A stretch of 34,969 nt of DNA, taken from contig CAIMWL010000033.1 of NCBI GenBank assembly GCA_903845135.1, positions 1-34,969 on the forward strand, in the 5' to 3' direction. The first letter of the stretch is position 1. Each line of letters begins with the position of its first letter. The notes beneath the pieces are model-generated. The model saw only the letters and a list, made by a program, of their open reading frames with translations, did no database searches and was not told the DNA's origin. The position numbers were made by a program, and so were the translations under genes. The DNA is from an uncultured Bacillales bacterium (GTDB lineage Bacteria > Bacillota_I > Bacilli_A > RFN20 > CAG-826). Of the stretch, positions 10,836 to 20,119 are shown piece by piece.

Positions 10836-11070
10836 AAGATTCCTCCAAATAATAAAATCATTTTAACAAGTTTTGATAAGGGTGACTATCAAAAGATAGT
10901 TGAAATGAATGATCTTTTACAGAAAGTTTACAGCATTTTGATAGCACTAATTGACGAATTGTGCTTTAATAAGATTGCCTGGTAAAGATGGTTGTTCATC
11001 ACCATTCTCTTTCTTTGATCGGCAAATGATCCGCTCTCAATGAATGTGATACCAGCGCCAATTGTTGAAT

Positions 11071-11097
11071 AATTTCTTGGTTTCCAAGAAATTTTTT
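11071..11097 (+). terminator. Perfect inverted repeat followed by a T-run (terminator or operator)
   Basis: AATTTCTTGG-TTT-CCAAGAAATT followed by TTTT, in the long divergent tldD/lipoprotein intergenic region. Confidence 0.4.
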
Positions 11098-11162
11098 ATT
11101 TGCGTTGTTAAATATATGGTTTAATGTAATAGAACATACCTTAAGGTAAAAGGAGAAAAAAT

Positions 11163-11930
11163 ATGAATATGAAGAAATTGTTACCTTTATTTGCGACAAC
11201 ACTCGTGTTGGCAGGTTGCCTGGGTCCTCAAACATACTTTTCAGATGTATTCAATACGATGAATGATTTGTACTTTCCAGCCCTAGATAATCAAAATCGT
11301 ATCACCTCGAATTATGAAGTAGAAGCAGTTTTATCAGTGGATGGTAAAACCACAACTTATGAAGCATATTTATTTGGCACCGGTATTAAACTCGTTAGTG
11401 TTTCACCCGAAACGAATGAAGGTGTTGAAACCACAAGAACACTAACCATTGTCTATGACTATGCTGAAGGTGGTTTATTTGCCAAACGAGAATTTGCCAA
11501 CACGCCAAACCAAATTGATAAAGTCTTTGATGCGTTTGAATCAGATTCTTTCGACATGTTTGATAAGGCGGTTGAAACTGCGAATTCAGTTTTCTCCGAA
11601 GAAACAAAATCCATCATCAATAACCAAGCCACCAACTTGATTATTGGTGGTCAACCCGCAACCCAAGATGTTAAAGTTTATACCTTACCGGTAGGCAACT
11701 TTCTTGATTTAGCGAGTTTTGAAGACACCGTTGGATTTATTCCAACCGAGTTAGATGTGGTCATCAGCTTTACCACCAGCACCAATGAGGGTGAAATTAG
11801 TATAAGCGCATCGGGAAATGACAAAGTTTATGAAGCCACCATTACCTTCAGAAATCCCGACTTATTATTACCGACAGACTATTTATTAAGTGACTCAGAA
11901 AAAGCAACCTACGAAGGCTTTGTCGCTTAA
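11163..11930 (+). CDS. Acidic lipoprotein of unknown function
   Basis: MNMKKLLPLFATTLVLAGC with lipobox LAGC and SD AAGGAG. The mature part is beta-rich and acidic. Confidence 0.8.
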   Translation: MNMKKLLPLFATTLVLAGCLGPQTYFSDVFNTMNDLYFPALDNQNRITSNYEVEAVLSVDGKTTTYEAYLFGTGIKLVSVSPETNEGVETTRTLTIVYDYAEGGLFAKREFANTPNQIDKVFDAFESDSFDMFDKAVETANSVFSEETKSIINNQATNLIIGGQPATQDVKVYTLPVGNFLDLASFEDTVGFIPTELDVVISFTTSTNEGEISISASGNDKVYEATITFRNPDLLLPTDYLLSDSEKATYEGFVA

Positions 11931-11953
11931 TTAATCAATTAAAACATCAATCA

Positions 11954-11981
11954 AAAAACCGGTCTTATTGGACCGGTTTTT
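11954..11981. terminator. Bidirectional intrinsic terminator
   Basis: AAAAACCGGTC-TTATTG-GACCGGTTTTT between convergent genes. Confidence 0.85.
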
Positions 11982-11991
11982 CATTTATTTA

Positions 11992-12681
11992 TTATCGACG
12001 AATATCTTTAACGATTTTAACAGGATGCAGTTTGTTTTTGAGTTGAATCAATCCAAATCCAAGTGCGCCAAAAATTAAAACAAGCAAGACTACAATACCC
12101 ACAAAAACAAATAAGTTTCCATAATTATTAGGATTCACAAAGCCGTAGTTAAATGCTGGTGCACCATCTTTAAACGTGAAGTTCAAACCAATAATGGTGT
12201 GAAAAATAAAATACACAAATGGATAAATCAACACGGTGATCGCGGTTTTATTCTTGAGTTCACCATTTCCCGGGATCATGAAGAATACCATACTCATCAA
12301 CACCGTGGATAGGTTGTGATTGAGTAATTCCGAAAGACTTGAAATCGGATTCCACTCACCTTGTAAAACGGGATTCAAAACAAAGAACACAATGAAAAAG
12401 ACAATCAAGGTGTTGACTGTAATAATGATTACAACAATTTTCTTGGTTAACCAATTTAACACATTTTCCCAGTTAAACAATTTTCCTAAACCATAAGTTA
12501 CAGACCAAGCGGCAACCATCACATTGGTTTGATAAGTAAAGAGATACCAGAAGCGCCACCAATCGTCTGTTGGGTCTAAAAGGAAATCCGCGACAAATTT
12601 TTCAATTAAAACACCTGTTAACAGTAAACCATAGGCGAGAATCACGTAGGTAAGCCAGTGTTGTTTGAGGGTTAATTTCAT
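11992..12681 (-). CDS. Pr6Pr / FAR-17a-AIG1-like integral membrane protein
   Basis: Start moved to ATG 12681 (SD AAGGAGG). About six TMs with FTYQTN, a conserved His (LNH), YPFVY and YGFVN. Confidence 0.7.
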   Translation of the reverse strand: MKLTLKQHWLTYVILAYGLLLTGVLIEKFVADFLLDPTDDWWRFWYLFTYQTNVMVAAWSVTYGLGKLFNWENVLNWLTKKIVVIIITVNTLIVFFIVFFVLNPVLQGEWNPISSLSELLNHNLSTVLMSMVFFMIPGNGELKNKTAITVLIYPFVYFIFHTIIGLNFTFKDGAPAFNYGFVNPNNYGNLFVFVGIVVLLVLIFGALGFGLIQLKNKLHPVKIVKDIRR

Positions 12682-12748
12682 AAAACCCCTCCTTTTGCTT
12701 CTCTTATTATAGAACTTAACTATTTTTTTACAAATACGCTCTTTTTCG

Positions 12749-12777
12749 TTGCAACACACCTTGAAGGATGTTAATAT
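12749..12777 (+). promoter_or_regulatory. Sigma-A promoter of rpmE
   Basis: TTGCAA-17 nt-TAATAT with a TG extension. Confidence 0.65.
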
Positions 12778-12790
12778 TTTTAAGCACTTA

Positions 12791-12815
12791 CTTTAAATCC
12801 ATATGCGATTTAAGG
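12791..12815 (+). promoter_or_regulatory. Hairpin in the rpmE 5' leader, possible autoregulatory r-protein leader
   Basis: CTTTAAATC-CATATGC-GATTTAAGG stem-loop between the predicted TSS and the SD. Confidence 0.4.
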
Positions 12816-12833
12816 CGGAAGGGAGCACATCCA

Positions 12834-13037
12834 ATGAAACAAGGCATCCATCCAAACTATAAGCAAGTTAAAGTGACTTGCATTAGCTGCGGTAATACCT
12901 TTGAAGCGGGATCGATTCTAGAAGAAGTACGGGTTGACACATGCGCAAGCTGCCACCCATTCTTTACTGGTAAAGATCGTAACACCAAGATTGATGGTCG
13001 TGTTGATCGCTTCAACAAACGTTACGCGAAGAAGTAA
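12834..13037 (+). CDS. rpmE: 50S ribosomal protein L31, zinc-binding type
   Basis: [13 protein letters not shown]...[10 protein letters not shown] and [10 protein letters not shown]. The true start is ATG 12834, after GGGAG. Confidence 0.97.
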   Translation: MKQGIHPNYKQVKVTCISCGNTFEAGSILEEVRVDTCASCHPFFTGKDRNTKIDGRVDRFNKRYAKK

Positions 13038-13048
13038 CACCAAGTATC

Positions 13049-13081
13049 AAAACCACTTTCTAAGAAGAGAGTGGTTTTTTT
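13049..13081 (+). terminator. Intrinsic terminator after rpmE
   Basis: AAAACCACTTTC-TAAGAA-GAGAGTGGTTTTTTT. Confidence 0.8.
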
Positions 13082-13097
13082 CTTTATAATAAGAACC

Positions 13098-14684
13098 ATG
13101 AAAACAAAATTTTATATCACCACACCCATTTACTACCCGAGTGCGAAGTTACACATTGGTCACGCATACTCAACCGTCGTGACGGATGTTTTTGCGAGAT
13201 ATAAACGCCTTGCAGGGGTCCCTACCTATTTTTTGACTGGTACTGACGAACACGGACAAAAGATTCAAGAAACAGCAGAAAAAAACGGCAAATCACCTCA
13301 ACAGTTTGTGGATGATGTGGTCGTTGGCATTAAAGATCTTTGGTCGAAAATGCACATTAGTTATGATGACTTTATTCGCACCACAGAGCCAAGGCACGAA
13401 AAAGTGGTGCAACAAATCTTTAGTCAACTTTTAAAACAGGATGACATTTATCTTTCCAAGTATGAAGGTTGGTATTGTACCTATTGCGAATCCTTTTGGA
13501 CGGATACTCAAATTGGTGAAGCAAAAGTTTGCCCAGACTGTAAGCGAGCAGTTCACCCAGAAGCAGAGGATGCTTATTTTTTTAGAATGAGTAAATATGC
13601 CAATCGCTTGGTGGAATACTATGAAAAGAACCCTTTATTCATTACCCCAGAATCTCGTAAGAACGAAATGATTAATACGTTTATCAAACCAGGACTTGAA
13701 GATCTTTGTGTATCGCGAACCTCTTTTTCTTGGGGGGTTAAAGTCAAAGAAGATCCTCGACATGTTGTGTATGTTTGGTTAGATGCTCTGACGAATTACA
13801 TCACAGCATTGGGATATGGCAGTTCTAAACCAGAACTCTATGAAAAATTTTGGAAAGATCCACAAGCAGAAGTGATTCATATTGTGGGTAGCGATATTAC
13901 GCGTTTCCACGTCATTTATTGGCCGATCTTTTTAATGGCCCTCGGTTTACGTTTACCCGATCGCGTTTTTGCCCATGGATTATTAATGATGAAAGATGCG
14001 AAGATGTCCAAATCAAAAGGCAACGTGATTGATCCGTTACCCCTTATGGAAAAGTATGGTGTGGACACCGTTCGTTATTATTTAGTCAGAGAAACAGTGT
14101 TTGGTGGGGATGGTCAATTTAGTCCGGAGCAATTCATTGAAAGGATTAATACGGATCTTGCAAATGATTTTGGTAATCTCTTAAACCGTACGATTAACAT
14201 GGTCAACAAATACTTCCAAGGCGTGGTGCCAAACTTTCAAGGACCGATCTCAGAGTTTGATCAACAATTATCTTCATTAACAACCCAAACGATTGAGGAT
14301 TATCAAACGTTGATGAATCAACTACTGATTACCGAAGCGTACGCAAAAGTAAACCAACTTGTCGCGCGGGCCAACAAATACATCGACGAGACCCAACCTT
14401 GGAATTTAGCGAAGGATCCGAACAAATTAAAATCATTACAAGTGGTGATGCATCAACTTATTTATACACTTTATGTTGCCGGAACTTTATATCAACCAAT
14501 TTTAGTAACAACCTCGGATGCTTTCTTTCAACAACTTGGTACCACCACAAAGCCTTCCTTAAAGACCATGAGTAACCCCAAGGTTGTGGATGGTTTAAAG
14601 TTAAGTCAACCCACACCACTTTTTCCTAGACTCGACCCTTTGATTGAAGTTCCATTTATTCAATCGACAATTTTAAAAAAATAA
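13098..14684 (+). CDS. metG: Methionine--tRNA ligase, short form without the C-terminal tRNA-binding domain
   Basis: FYITTPIYY, HIGH, TGTDEHG, CxxC...CxxC knuckle, YVWLDAL and KMSKS. ATG 13098 lies 7 nt after TATAAT (13085-13090). Confidence 0.96.
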   Translation: MKTKFYITTPIYYPSAKLHIGHAYSTVVTDVFARYKRLAGVPTYFLTGTDEHGQKIQETAEKNGKSPQQFVDDVVVGIKDLWSKMHISYDDFIRTTEPRHEKVVQQIFSQLLKQDDIYLSKYEGWYCTYCESFWTDTQIGEAKVCPDCKRAVHPEAEDAYFFRMSKYANRLVEYYEKNPLFITPESRKNEMINTFIKPGLEDLCVSRTSFSWGVKVKEDPRHVVYVWLDALTNYITALGYGSSKPELYEKFWKDPQAEVIHIVGSDITRFHVIYWPIFLMALGLRLPDRVFAHGLLMMKDAKMSKSKGNVIDPLPLMEKYGVDTVRYYLVRETVFGGDGQFSPEQFIERINTDLANDFGNLLNRTINMVNKYFQGVVPNFQGPISEFDQQLSSLTTQTIEDYQTLMNQLLITEAYAKVNQLVARANKYIDETQPWNLAKDPNKLKSLQVVMHQLIYTLYVAGTLYQPILVTTSDAFFQQLGTTTKPSLKTMSNPKVVDGLKLSQPTPLFPRLDPLIEVPFIQSTILKK

Positions 14685-16787
14685 TTAAGACTTAATTTTA
14701 CTTTTCACATTTCCTATGTCAGAAATTGGCATTTCAATCGTCCGATTATTTTTTTTATCAATCGTATCAACCACACTAAAAGGTGTCCCTTGAATCATTT
14801 GGTACAAGTGATCCATGGTGTGGAAAAATGGATAGATCAAGTCGGCATCACTAAAACTAAATTCTAAATCATGGACAAGTTTATCGTGTAATTCAAACAA
14901 ACCTTCAAAAGAAGTTAACCTAGCGTCTTTTTTAAGTTGGTAATCAACATAATGTTTTGTCATCATCATTTCTTCTACACTCATTGGAATATAACCTTGA
15001 GTCATTTGGTTAGCGGTCCAACGCAAGTGTTCTTGTCTAGCAAGTAAGTTGCGAATTTTTTTAGCAACAGGCTTATAGCGATGTAAATCAGCATCATTCT
15101 TTGCCCGCGGATGAACTTGATGAAAGCGAGATTGATCATCTTCGTCATAACGTTTCATGAATTTATCTTCGGATAATCCCTTGGTTTCAGGTGCAAGATC
15201 CAAACCCATTAAATTGAGTTTAAACCGTAAACTAATCGCTTCATAAAGTAAGTTTTCTTTTTCTTGCGCGAGCAAGGTATCGAATGGCTTATCCGGGTTT
15301 AAACTACTATGGATATTTTTGGCAATTTGCGTAAATACAGGATTGGTAATTTGATTTAGTGAATAACCATAATCACCAAAACCAAATGCAATGACACCGG
15401 GGTTCTTAAATAATTGACTCGTTTGTTGATAATCACGATTAAGGATTTGCACAAAAACTTGGAATTTTTGTAAACGTTTCTCGATGGTCCAGCTCATCAA
15501 TTGTTGAAGGACGCGTAAATTAAAGACATCATCATCAAAGGCAATTACAAACACTTGATAGTCGTCATTTTTGTTAAGGTGATGGGTGATGGCCTCTAAA
15601 AACTGTGCATCATGAAAGGTGGTGTTGATGGTTTCGGTAGCAGCCGACAAAGGTGGTAATGGTAAATAATCCCTCTTATTGACGCTTGGTGAAGAGAAGG
15701 TGCGAATAACACCAGGATTCATGACAGGATCGCGATAAATATTGTAGGTGATGGGCGGGTTGGCATAACTGGTAAACTCTTTACCAAAAAACTTAGATGC
15801 TTTAGGAGGGAATTGGTTGGTGACAAACAAATGTCGATAGATATCTTCGTTGGTTTGACCAAATCCAAGTAAATGGTATTGAATCTTTACATCTTCTAAG
15901 GTCGCCTTTTCAAAATTGATCATCGTTTTTGGTAAATAAGAAGTAAGCGGAAATTCTAAAACCAATTGCTGGGCGATCAGTTGATGATAAGAAAAGAATC
16001 GGATTTTTTGTTTTTCCTGACTAAAAGATTCATAAATAGGCAAGTGTTGTTTGTGTTGATACAAGATATAAGACTTTAATTTACTTTGGGGGTTGTTTTG
16101 ATAGTAACGATTTAGTTTTTCTACTAACGCCATTACCTCTGTATCCTTGGTTAATAAACTCACCAAGGTCATATCTTGTCGTTGTGATCCTAGTAAATAT
16201 TCAAGTTTTTGGTTGGTCACGTCAAAGGTTGTAAATCCCGGTTTAAACGTATATTTAGTATTGATTTCTTTGTTCGTTAAAAGTGCCTTTGGTAATGCAA
16301 CATTAATCGCTTTTGTTTGGCGGTGTTTCTTGGTTTCTTTTTCAAAAGATTTTAATAGATATGTTACTTTTTCATCATCACCCAAAATTAAATAATGCGG
16401 CTTGTTTTGATTGAAATAGAATCGCATTTTCAGGGCAAGATTGTTGAAGAAAACCGTGAAAATTAAAATATAGGTGTAACCAAAACCAATCACGTGAATC
16501 GCGTAAGCTGATAAAAGGAAAAGCAAATCATTGTTGATGCGGTTGCTAATTTCAGTGGTGCGAAAAATTCCTCGTAGAATTGCAGTCGTATTTCCAAAAG
16601 CCTTAAGTACCAAATCTACCGTATTTAAAGTTTCTCCGTTACCGATTAATCCATAGATATATAAGGCAACACCCAAGACGATAATCCCCATAAAAAAATG
16701 AAATTTATATTTTGATAAATCTAGATAAATCATTGCCGCGATTAAAGCTAAAGTCCCTATAAATAGAAGTAGGGAAATCACATCCAT
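14685..16787 (-). CDS. Membrane protein with Rossmann/RCK-like domains and a C-terminal RyR domain (channel-like)
   Basis: N-terminal TM region, Rossmann-like HYLILGDD and YHLLGFGQ, and RyR-type AISLRFKLNLMG...LARQEHLRW...QGY...LTSFEGL. Start at 16787 (TAATG overlap with the upstream gene); 16799 is an alternative. Confidence 0.72.
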   Translation of the reverse strand: MDVISLLLFIGTLALIAAMIYLDLSKYKFHFFMGIIVLGVALYIYGLIGNGETLNTVDLVLKAFGNTTAILRGIFRTTEISNRINNDLLFLLSAYAIHVIGFGYTYILIFTVFFNNLALKMRFYFNQNKPHYLILGDDEKVTYLLKSFEKETKKHRQTKAINVALPKALLTNKEINTKYTFKPGFTTFDVTNQKLEYLLGSQRQDMTLVSLLTKDTEVMALVEKLNRYYQNNPQSKLKSYILYQHKQHLPIYESFSQEKQKIRFFSYHQLIAQQLVLEFPLTSYLPKTMINFEKATLEDVKIQYHLLGFGQTNEDIYRHLFVTNQFPPKASKFFGKEFTSYANPPITYNIYRDPVMNPGVIRTFSSPSVNKRDYLPLPPLSAATETINTTFHDAQFLEAITHHLNKNDDYQVFVIAFDDDVFNLRVLQQLMSWTIEKRLQKFQVFVQILNRDYQQTSQLFKNPGVIAFGFGDYGYSLNQITNPVFTQIAKNIHSSLNPDKPFDTLLAQEKENLLYEAISLRFKLNLMGLDLAPETKGLSEDKFMKRYDEDDQSRFHQVHPRAKNDADLHRYKPVAKKIRNLLARQEHLRWTANQMTQGYIPMSVEEMMMTKHYVDYQLKKDARLTSFEGLFELHDKLVHDLEFSFSDADLIYPFFHTMDHLYQMIQGTPFSVVDTIDKKNNRTIEMPISDIGNVKSKIKS

Positions 16788-18094
16788 TATTGAATCCATC
16801 CTCCAATTTGAACGCCTAGATAAACTAAAAGAACACCAACGAGTAATATGACTAATAGTTTCCAGTGTTTAAAGATCCACCGAAAAACTTTATAAATAAA
16901 CCCAGTTGCTCCAAAGAAAAATTTGATTGGGGCTGCAATCACTTTTCCAATCGTTTTAAAAAGCATTTTTATCCGATGACGAAATCTCGGTAACCTTGCT
17001 TTTTTGTCAGTTTCGTATACCAAACTTTGAACTGGAACAGCATAACGATGACCTTTTTCTTGATAGGTCAAATGATAAATTTTGACCTTTGATAACGTTG
17101 TTTCCTCAAAATCATAATCGGTGCCACCCACCCGCTTGAGAATTGCCTGGCTATGACGATAACCAAACTTAGGTCCAATCACTAATACATAACTATAATT
17201 TTGCGATTGTTGATCTTTTATTTTGACCTGATCATTAATCTTATAAATCGATTGATAACGGTATTGTTTATAAGAAAAGAAATTTTGAATCACATTCCAT
17301 TCCGATCTCTCACCGTTTTCTATTTTTCGGGGTTCTTTTGCAATCGTTTCCTTTTTATCCATTGCAAAGGTTTCACCATCAATCGATGGATCTACATCGG
17401 CTTCGTTGCGCACCTTCTTCGCTTGATAAACATAACGTTTTTCTTCGTAATGAACTTTCATTTCTACAATATCTTCTGGGATGAAGTACTTCTTTTGTTT
17501 TGTATCAAATAAATTAAAGGCGACAAAATATAATTTAATAGCCTTTGCTTTTAAAGCAGAAATGTCGCGATAGAAAAATGGTCTTCCGAGTAAATCTTCT
17601 ACTTTATTTTGGACGGTTGACATGTCAATGATGTCATAAAGCAACTCACCTTCAAGCGTAGTTTGATAGTACTTTTTTGAATCATAATAGTATTGGTCAT
17701 TGAGGACACCAAAAATATGTTCTTCTTTAACCGCAAAGGTGGTTCGTTTTAAAACATCATCAATAAAGACATATTCGCTAATCTCAAGTTTGCCCGGTTT
17801 AAAAGGTGTGGGAATCACGTACTTGTGAACAAAACCTTCTTCGTCTTGAATTTGGACACCATATCGATGTTTATTGATGACAATTTCTGATAAATACTGT
17901 CCACCTTCAGGTAAATAAAAAAAGATAACCAGTTCTTTTTTGTTTTCAAACAACCCTAAAATGGTTGCTTGTAATAATGATGATTTTGTATCTCGATATT
18001 TTTTTAAATCTAAATTGATTAACAAAGCGTCTTCCATCAAAGGAGAATAGCGATCTAGTTTAAATTTATTAAGGAGGATTGTTTCGTCTTTCAT
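16787..18094 (-). CDS. Hypothetical protein with C-terminal amphipathic and TM tail anchor
   Basis: 435 aa. ATG 18094 lies 6 nt after TATAAT. No signal peptide. Beta-rich, Tyr/Lys-rich body, then a basic amphipathic stretch and LLVILLVGVLLVYLGV at the C-terminus. Confidence 0.75.
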   Translation of the reverse strand: MKDETILLNKFKLDRYSPLMEDALLINLDLKKYRDTKSSLLQATILGLFENKKELVIFFYLPEGGQYLSEIVINKHRYGVQIQDEEGFVHKYVIPTPFKPGKLEISEYVFIDDVLKRTTFAVKEEHIFGVLNDQYYYDSKKYYQTTLEGELLYDIIDMSTVQNKVEDLLGRPFFYRDISALKAKAIKLYFVAFNLFDTKQKKYFIPEDIVEMKVHYEEKRYVYQAKKVRNEADVDPSIDGETFAMDKKETIAKEPRKIENGERSEWNVIQNFFSYKQYRYQSIYKINDQVKIKDQQSQNYSYVLVIGPKFGYRHSQAILKRVGGTDYDFEETTLSKVKIYHLTYQEKGHRYAVPVQSLVYETDKKARLPRFRHRIKMLFKTIGKVIAAPIKFFFGATGFIYKVFRWIFKHWKLLVILLVGVLLVYLGVQIGGWIQ

Positions 18095-18192
18095 GCTTTT
18101 ATTATACTCGATACAAAGTCGCAACAATTCTTAATTATTGACAATTTTCTTAATAAAAACACGTGGCTGGTTATAATGAAATAGAGGTGTTT

Positions 18193-18924
18193 ATGAAACT
18201 TTATCAACATTCCAAAAACTTTATTGAGCTTGCTTGGCAAGACTCTCAACCAAGACCTTTTCTACTTATTTTGCCGGGTGGTGGTTATGAATACACTTCT
18301 TGGCGAGAAGCACAACCCGTTGTAAATGCTTTTGCTAGCGAATCCTATCACACTGGCATCTTTTATTATCGAGAAGAAAAATTACTTCACCCCTATACAC
18401 ATATCGAAGCAAAGGAACTGATTGAACAATTAAAAAGCGATTCGCGTGTAAGCAAGATTTATCTCGTTGGTTTTTCTGCGGGTGGTCATTTTGCTGCGAC
18501 CATCATGACGTATTATCCTCATTTAGTGAATGCAGGTGTGTTGGCTTATGCACCGATTACCTCTGATATTAAATACCGACATTTAGGATCATTGATGAAT
18601 CTATTGGGACCAGATATCACCAAAGAAAAAGCCGCAGAGGTTTCTTTAGATTTACACGTGACAAAGGAAACCCCACCCTGTTTTATTTTTCACACACAAG
18701 ATGATGCAATTGTCCATGTTGAAAATGCTTTGATGTTTGCGGAAGCATTAAGAAAAAATAAAGTCCCATTTGCCCTCCATATTTATCCAGAGGGTTTGCA
18801 TGGCTTTTCAGTAGGAAGCGACGATGTCGCGTATAGCGAATTCTCCTTAGAAGAATTTCACGAACGATTTGCCTATATGAAAGAATGGGTTGAACTCGCA
18901 AAGAAGTTTTTAAGAAAATATTAG
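18193..18924 (+). CDS. Alpha/beta hydrolase (esterase/lipase)
   Basis: LILPGGGY oxyanion loop, GFSAGG nucleophile elbow, and Asp (DDAIV) and His (HGF) of the triad. SD GAGGTG before ATG 18193. Confidence 0.88.
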   Translation: MKLYQHSKNFIELAWQDSQPRPFLLILPGGGYEYTSWREAQPVVNAFASESYHTGIFYYREEKLLHPYTHIEAKELIEQLKSDSRVSKIYLVGFSAGGHFAATIMTYYPHLVNAGVLAYAPITSDIKYRHLGSLMNLLGPDITKEKAAEVSLDLHVTKETPPCFIFHTQDDAIVHVENALMFAEALRKNKVPFALHIYPEGLHGFSVGSDDVAYSEFSLEEFHERFAYMKEWVELAKKFLRKY

Positions 18925-19340
18925 TCCTTAAATTTCACGCCGTTCGCATCACGATTGATCTCACCGGTGAAAATTTGAATTGCTTCAACGAAAGCCCATA
19001 ACCAAGCAATAATAGGGCCAATAAATAAAAGCGATCCAATCGTACTAAGTAATAATTGTATTAAACCTTTTTGAGTATATCCCAAATAAAAATTATGAAT
19101 ACCTAATCCACCAACAAAGATGGCAAGCAAACCTGCAACGAGTTTTGATTTCGGTTCTTGCATCGGGTTTGGATTGGGATTACTTTCAGTAGATTGTTGC
19201 CGTTTGACATCTTTTTCATCCATCACTTCTGGTTGAATTGGTTTTTCTTTGGTTTGGAATGGGTTATTCATATCAGCGCCACACCAACCACAAAACTTGG
19301 TTTTATCTTGCGTTTCTCTACCACACTTTGGACATTTCAT
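18921..19340 (-). CDS. Zinc-ribbon plus TM2 domain protein
   Basis: CPKCG...FCGWCG zinc ribbon and KSKLVAGLLAIFVGGLGIHNFYLG TM2 signature. SD GAGGTG. Confidence 0.88.
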   Translation of the reverse strand: MKCPKCGRETQDKTKFCGWCGADMNNPFQTKEKPIQPEVMDEKDVKRQQSTESNPNPNPMQEPKSKLVAGLLAIFVGGLGIHNFYLGYTQKGLIQLLLSTIGSLLFIGPIIAWLWAFVEAIQIFTGEINRDANGVKFKD

Positions 19341-19375
19341 TCTAAGCACCTCTACACAAAGTATAATATGAATGC

Positions 19376-20119
19376 ATGCAAATCAAAGTCATGACTTTTA
19401 ATCTAAGAATTGATGTACCCGTCGACGGAGCTTATCAATGGCGATTTCGCATTCCCTCAGTTCTTGCCATGATTGAAAAACACAACCCTGATATCTTAAT
19501 GCTTCAAGAAACAACACCCGCTATGCTTGCAGATATCAAACAATTAGAAAAGAAGTATGGTTATTATTACATGGGTCGTAATCAAGATTTACAAGGTGAA
19601 GGTTGTCCGATTTACTACAAGAAAAAAGATTATCGCATTAAAGCTGCTGACACCATTTGGTTAAGCCAAACCCCGAGAACACCAGGATCGATGGATCCTG
19701 AAGAAGGGTTTCCAAGAATTGCGTCGATGATCGTCTTACAACACACGGATGGAAAACTATTACGTTTCTTGAACACCCATTTAGCCTATCGTTCTTCGAG
19801 AGCAAAAGATATCAATCTAAAAGTTTTATTTGATTTCATACAATCCTTTCCAGAAAGGATCCCAACCATATTGGGTGGAGACTTTAATGAAGGTGCAGCT
19901 AAAATTAAAAAGTATATGCCACGCGATTTACAATTTGCACCATCGTTAGATTTAGGAAACACATATCATGAATTCAAAGGTGGGGATGGTATTTCCCAAA
20001 TTGATTACCTCCTTTATCAAGAGGGTTTACAATCGAAAGATGTGATGGTTGATCGAAGTCCATTCTTTCAACTATTACCATCTGACCATTATCCGGTCAT
20101 AGGAGTATTCACTTTATGA
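19376..20119 (+). CDS. Endonuclease/exonuclease/phosphatase family protein
   Basis: MTFNLR, PDILMLQE, NTHL, GGDFN, IDY and SDHYPV. Confidence 0.9.
   Translation: MQIKVMTFNLRIDVPVDGAYQWRFRIPSVLAMIEKHNPDILMLQETTPAMLADIKQLEKKYGYYYMGRNQDLQGEGCPIYYKKKDYRIKAADTIWLSQTPRTPGSMDPEEGFPRIASMIVLQHTDGKLLRFLNTHLAYRSSRAKDINLKVLFDFIQSFPERIPTILGGDFNEGAAKIKKYMPRDLQFAPSLDLGNTYHEFKGGDGISQIDYLLYQEGLQSKDVMVDRSPFFQLLPSDHYPVIGVFTL

Noticed and set aside
10960-11060. TPP, fluoride or c-di-GMP riboswitch, T-box, or SRP RNA
   Set aside because: Only fragmentary resemblance (e.g. GATACCAGCG, GGTGATGA); the core consensus elements are absent.
7644-11640. Nested ORFs 7644-7859, 8377-8589, 10147-10404, 10408-10647, 10999-11235, 11395-11607, 11449-11640
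   Set aside because: They overlap better-supported genes and show no coding signatures.
16460-16500. K+ selectivity filter in the RyR protein (VIGFG)
   Set aside because: It lies inside a predicted TM helix rather than a pore loop and lacks the TxGYG context.
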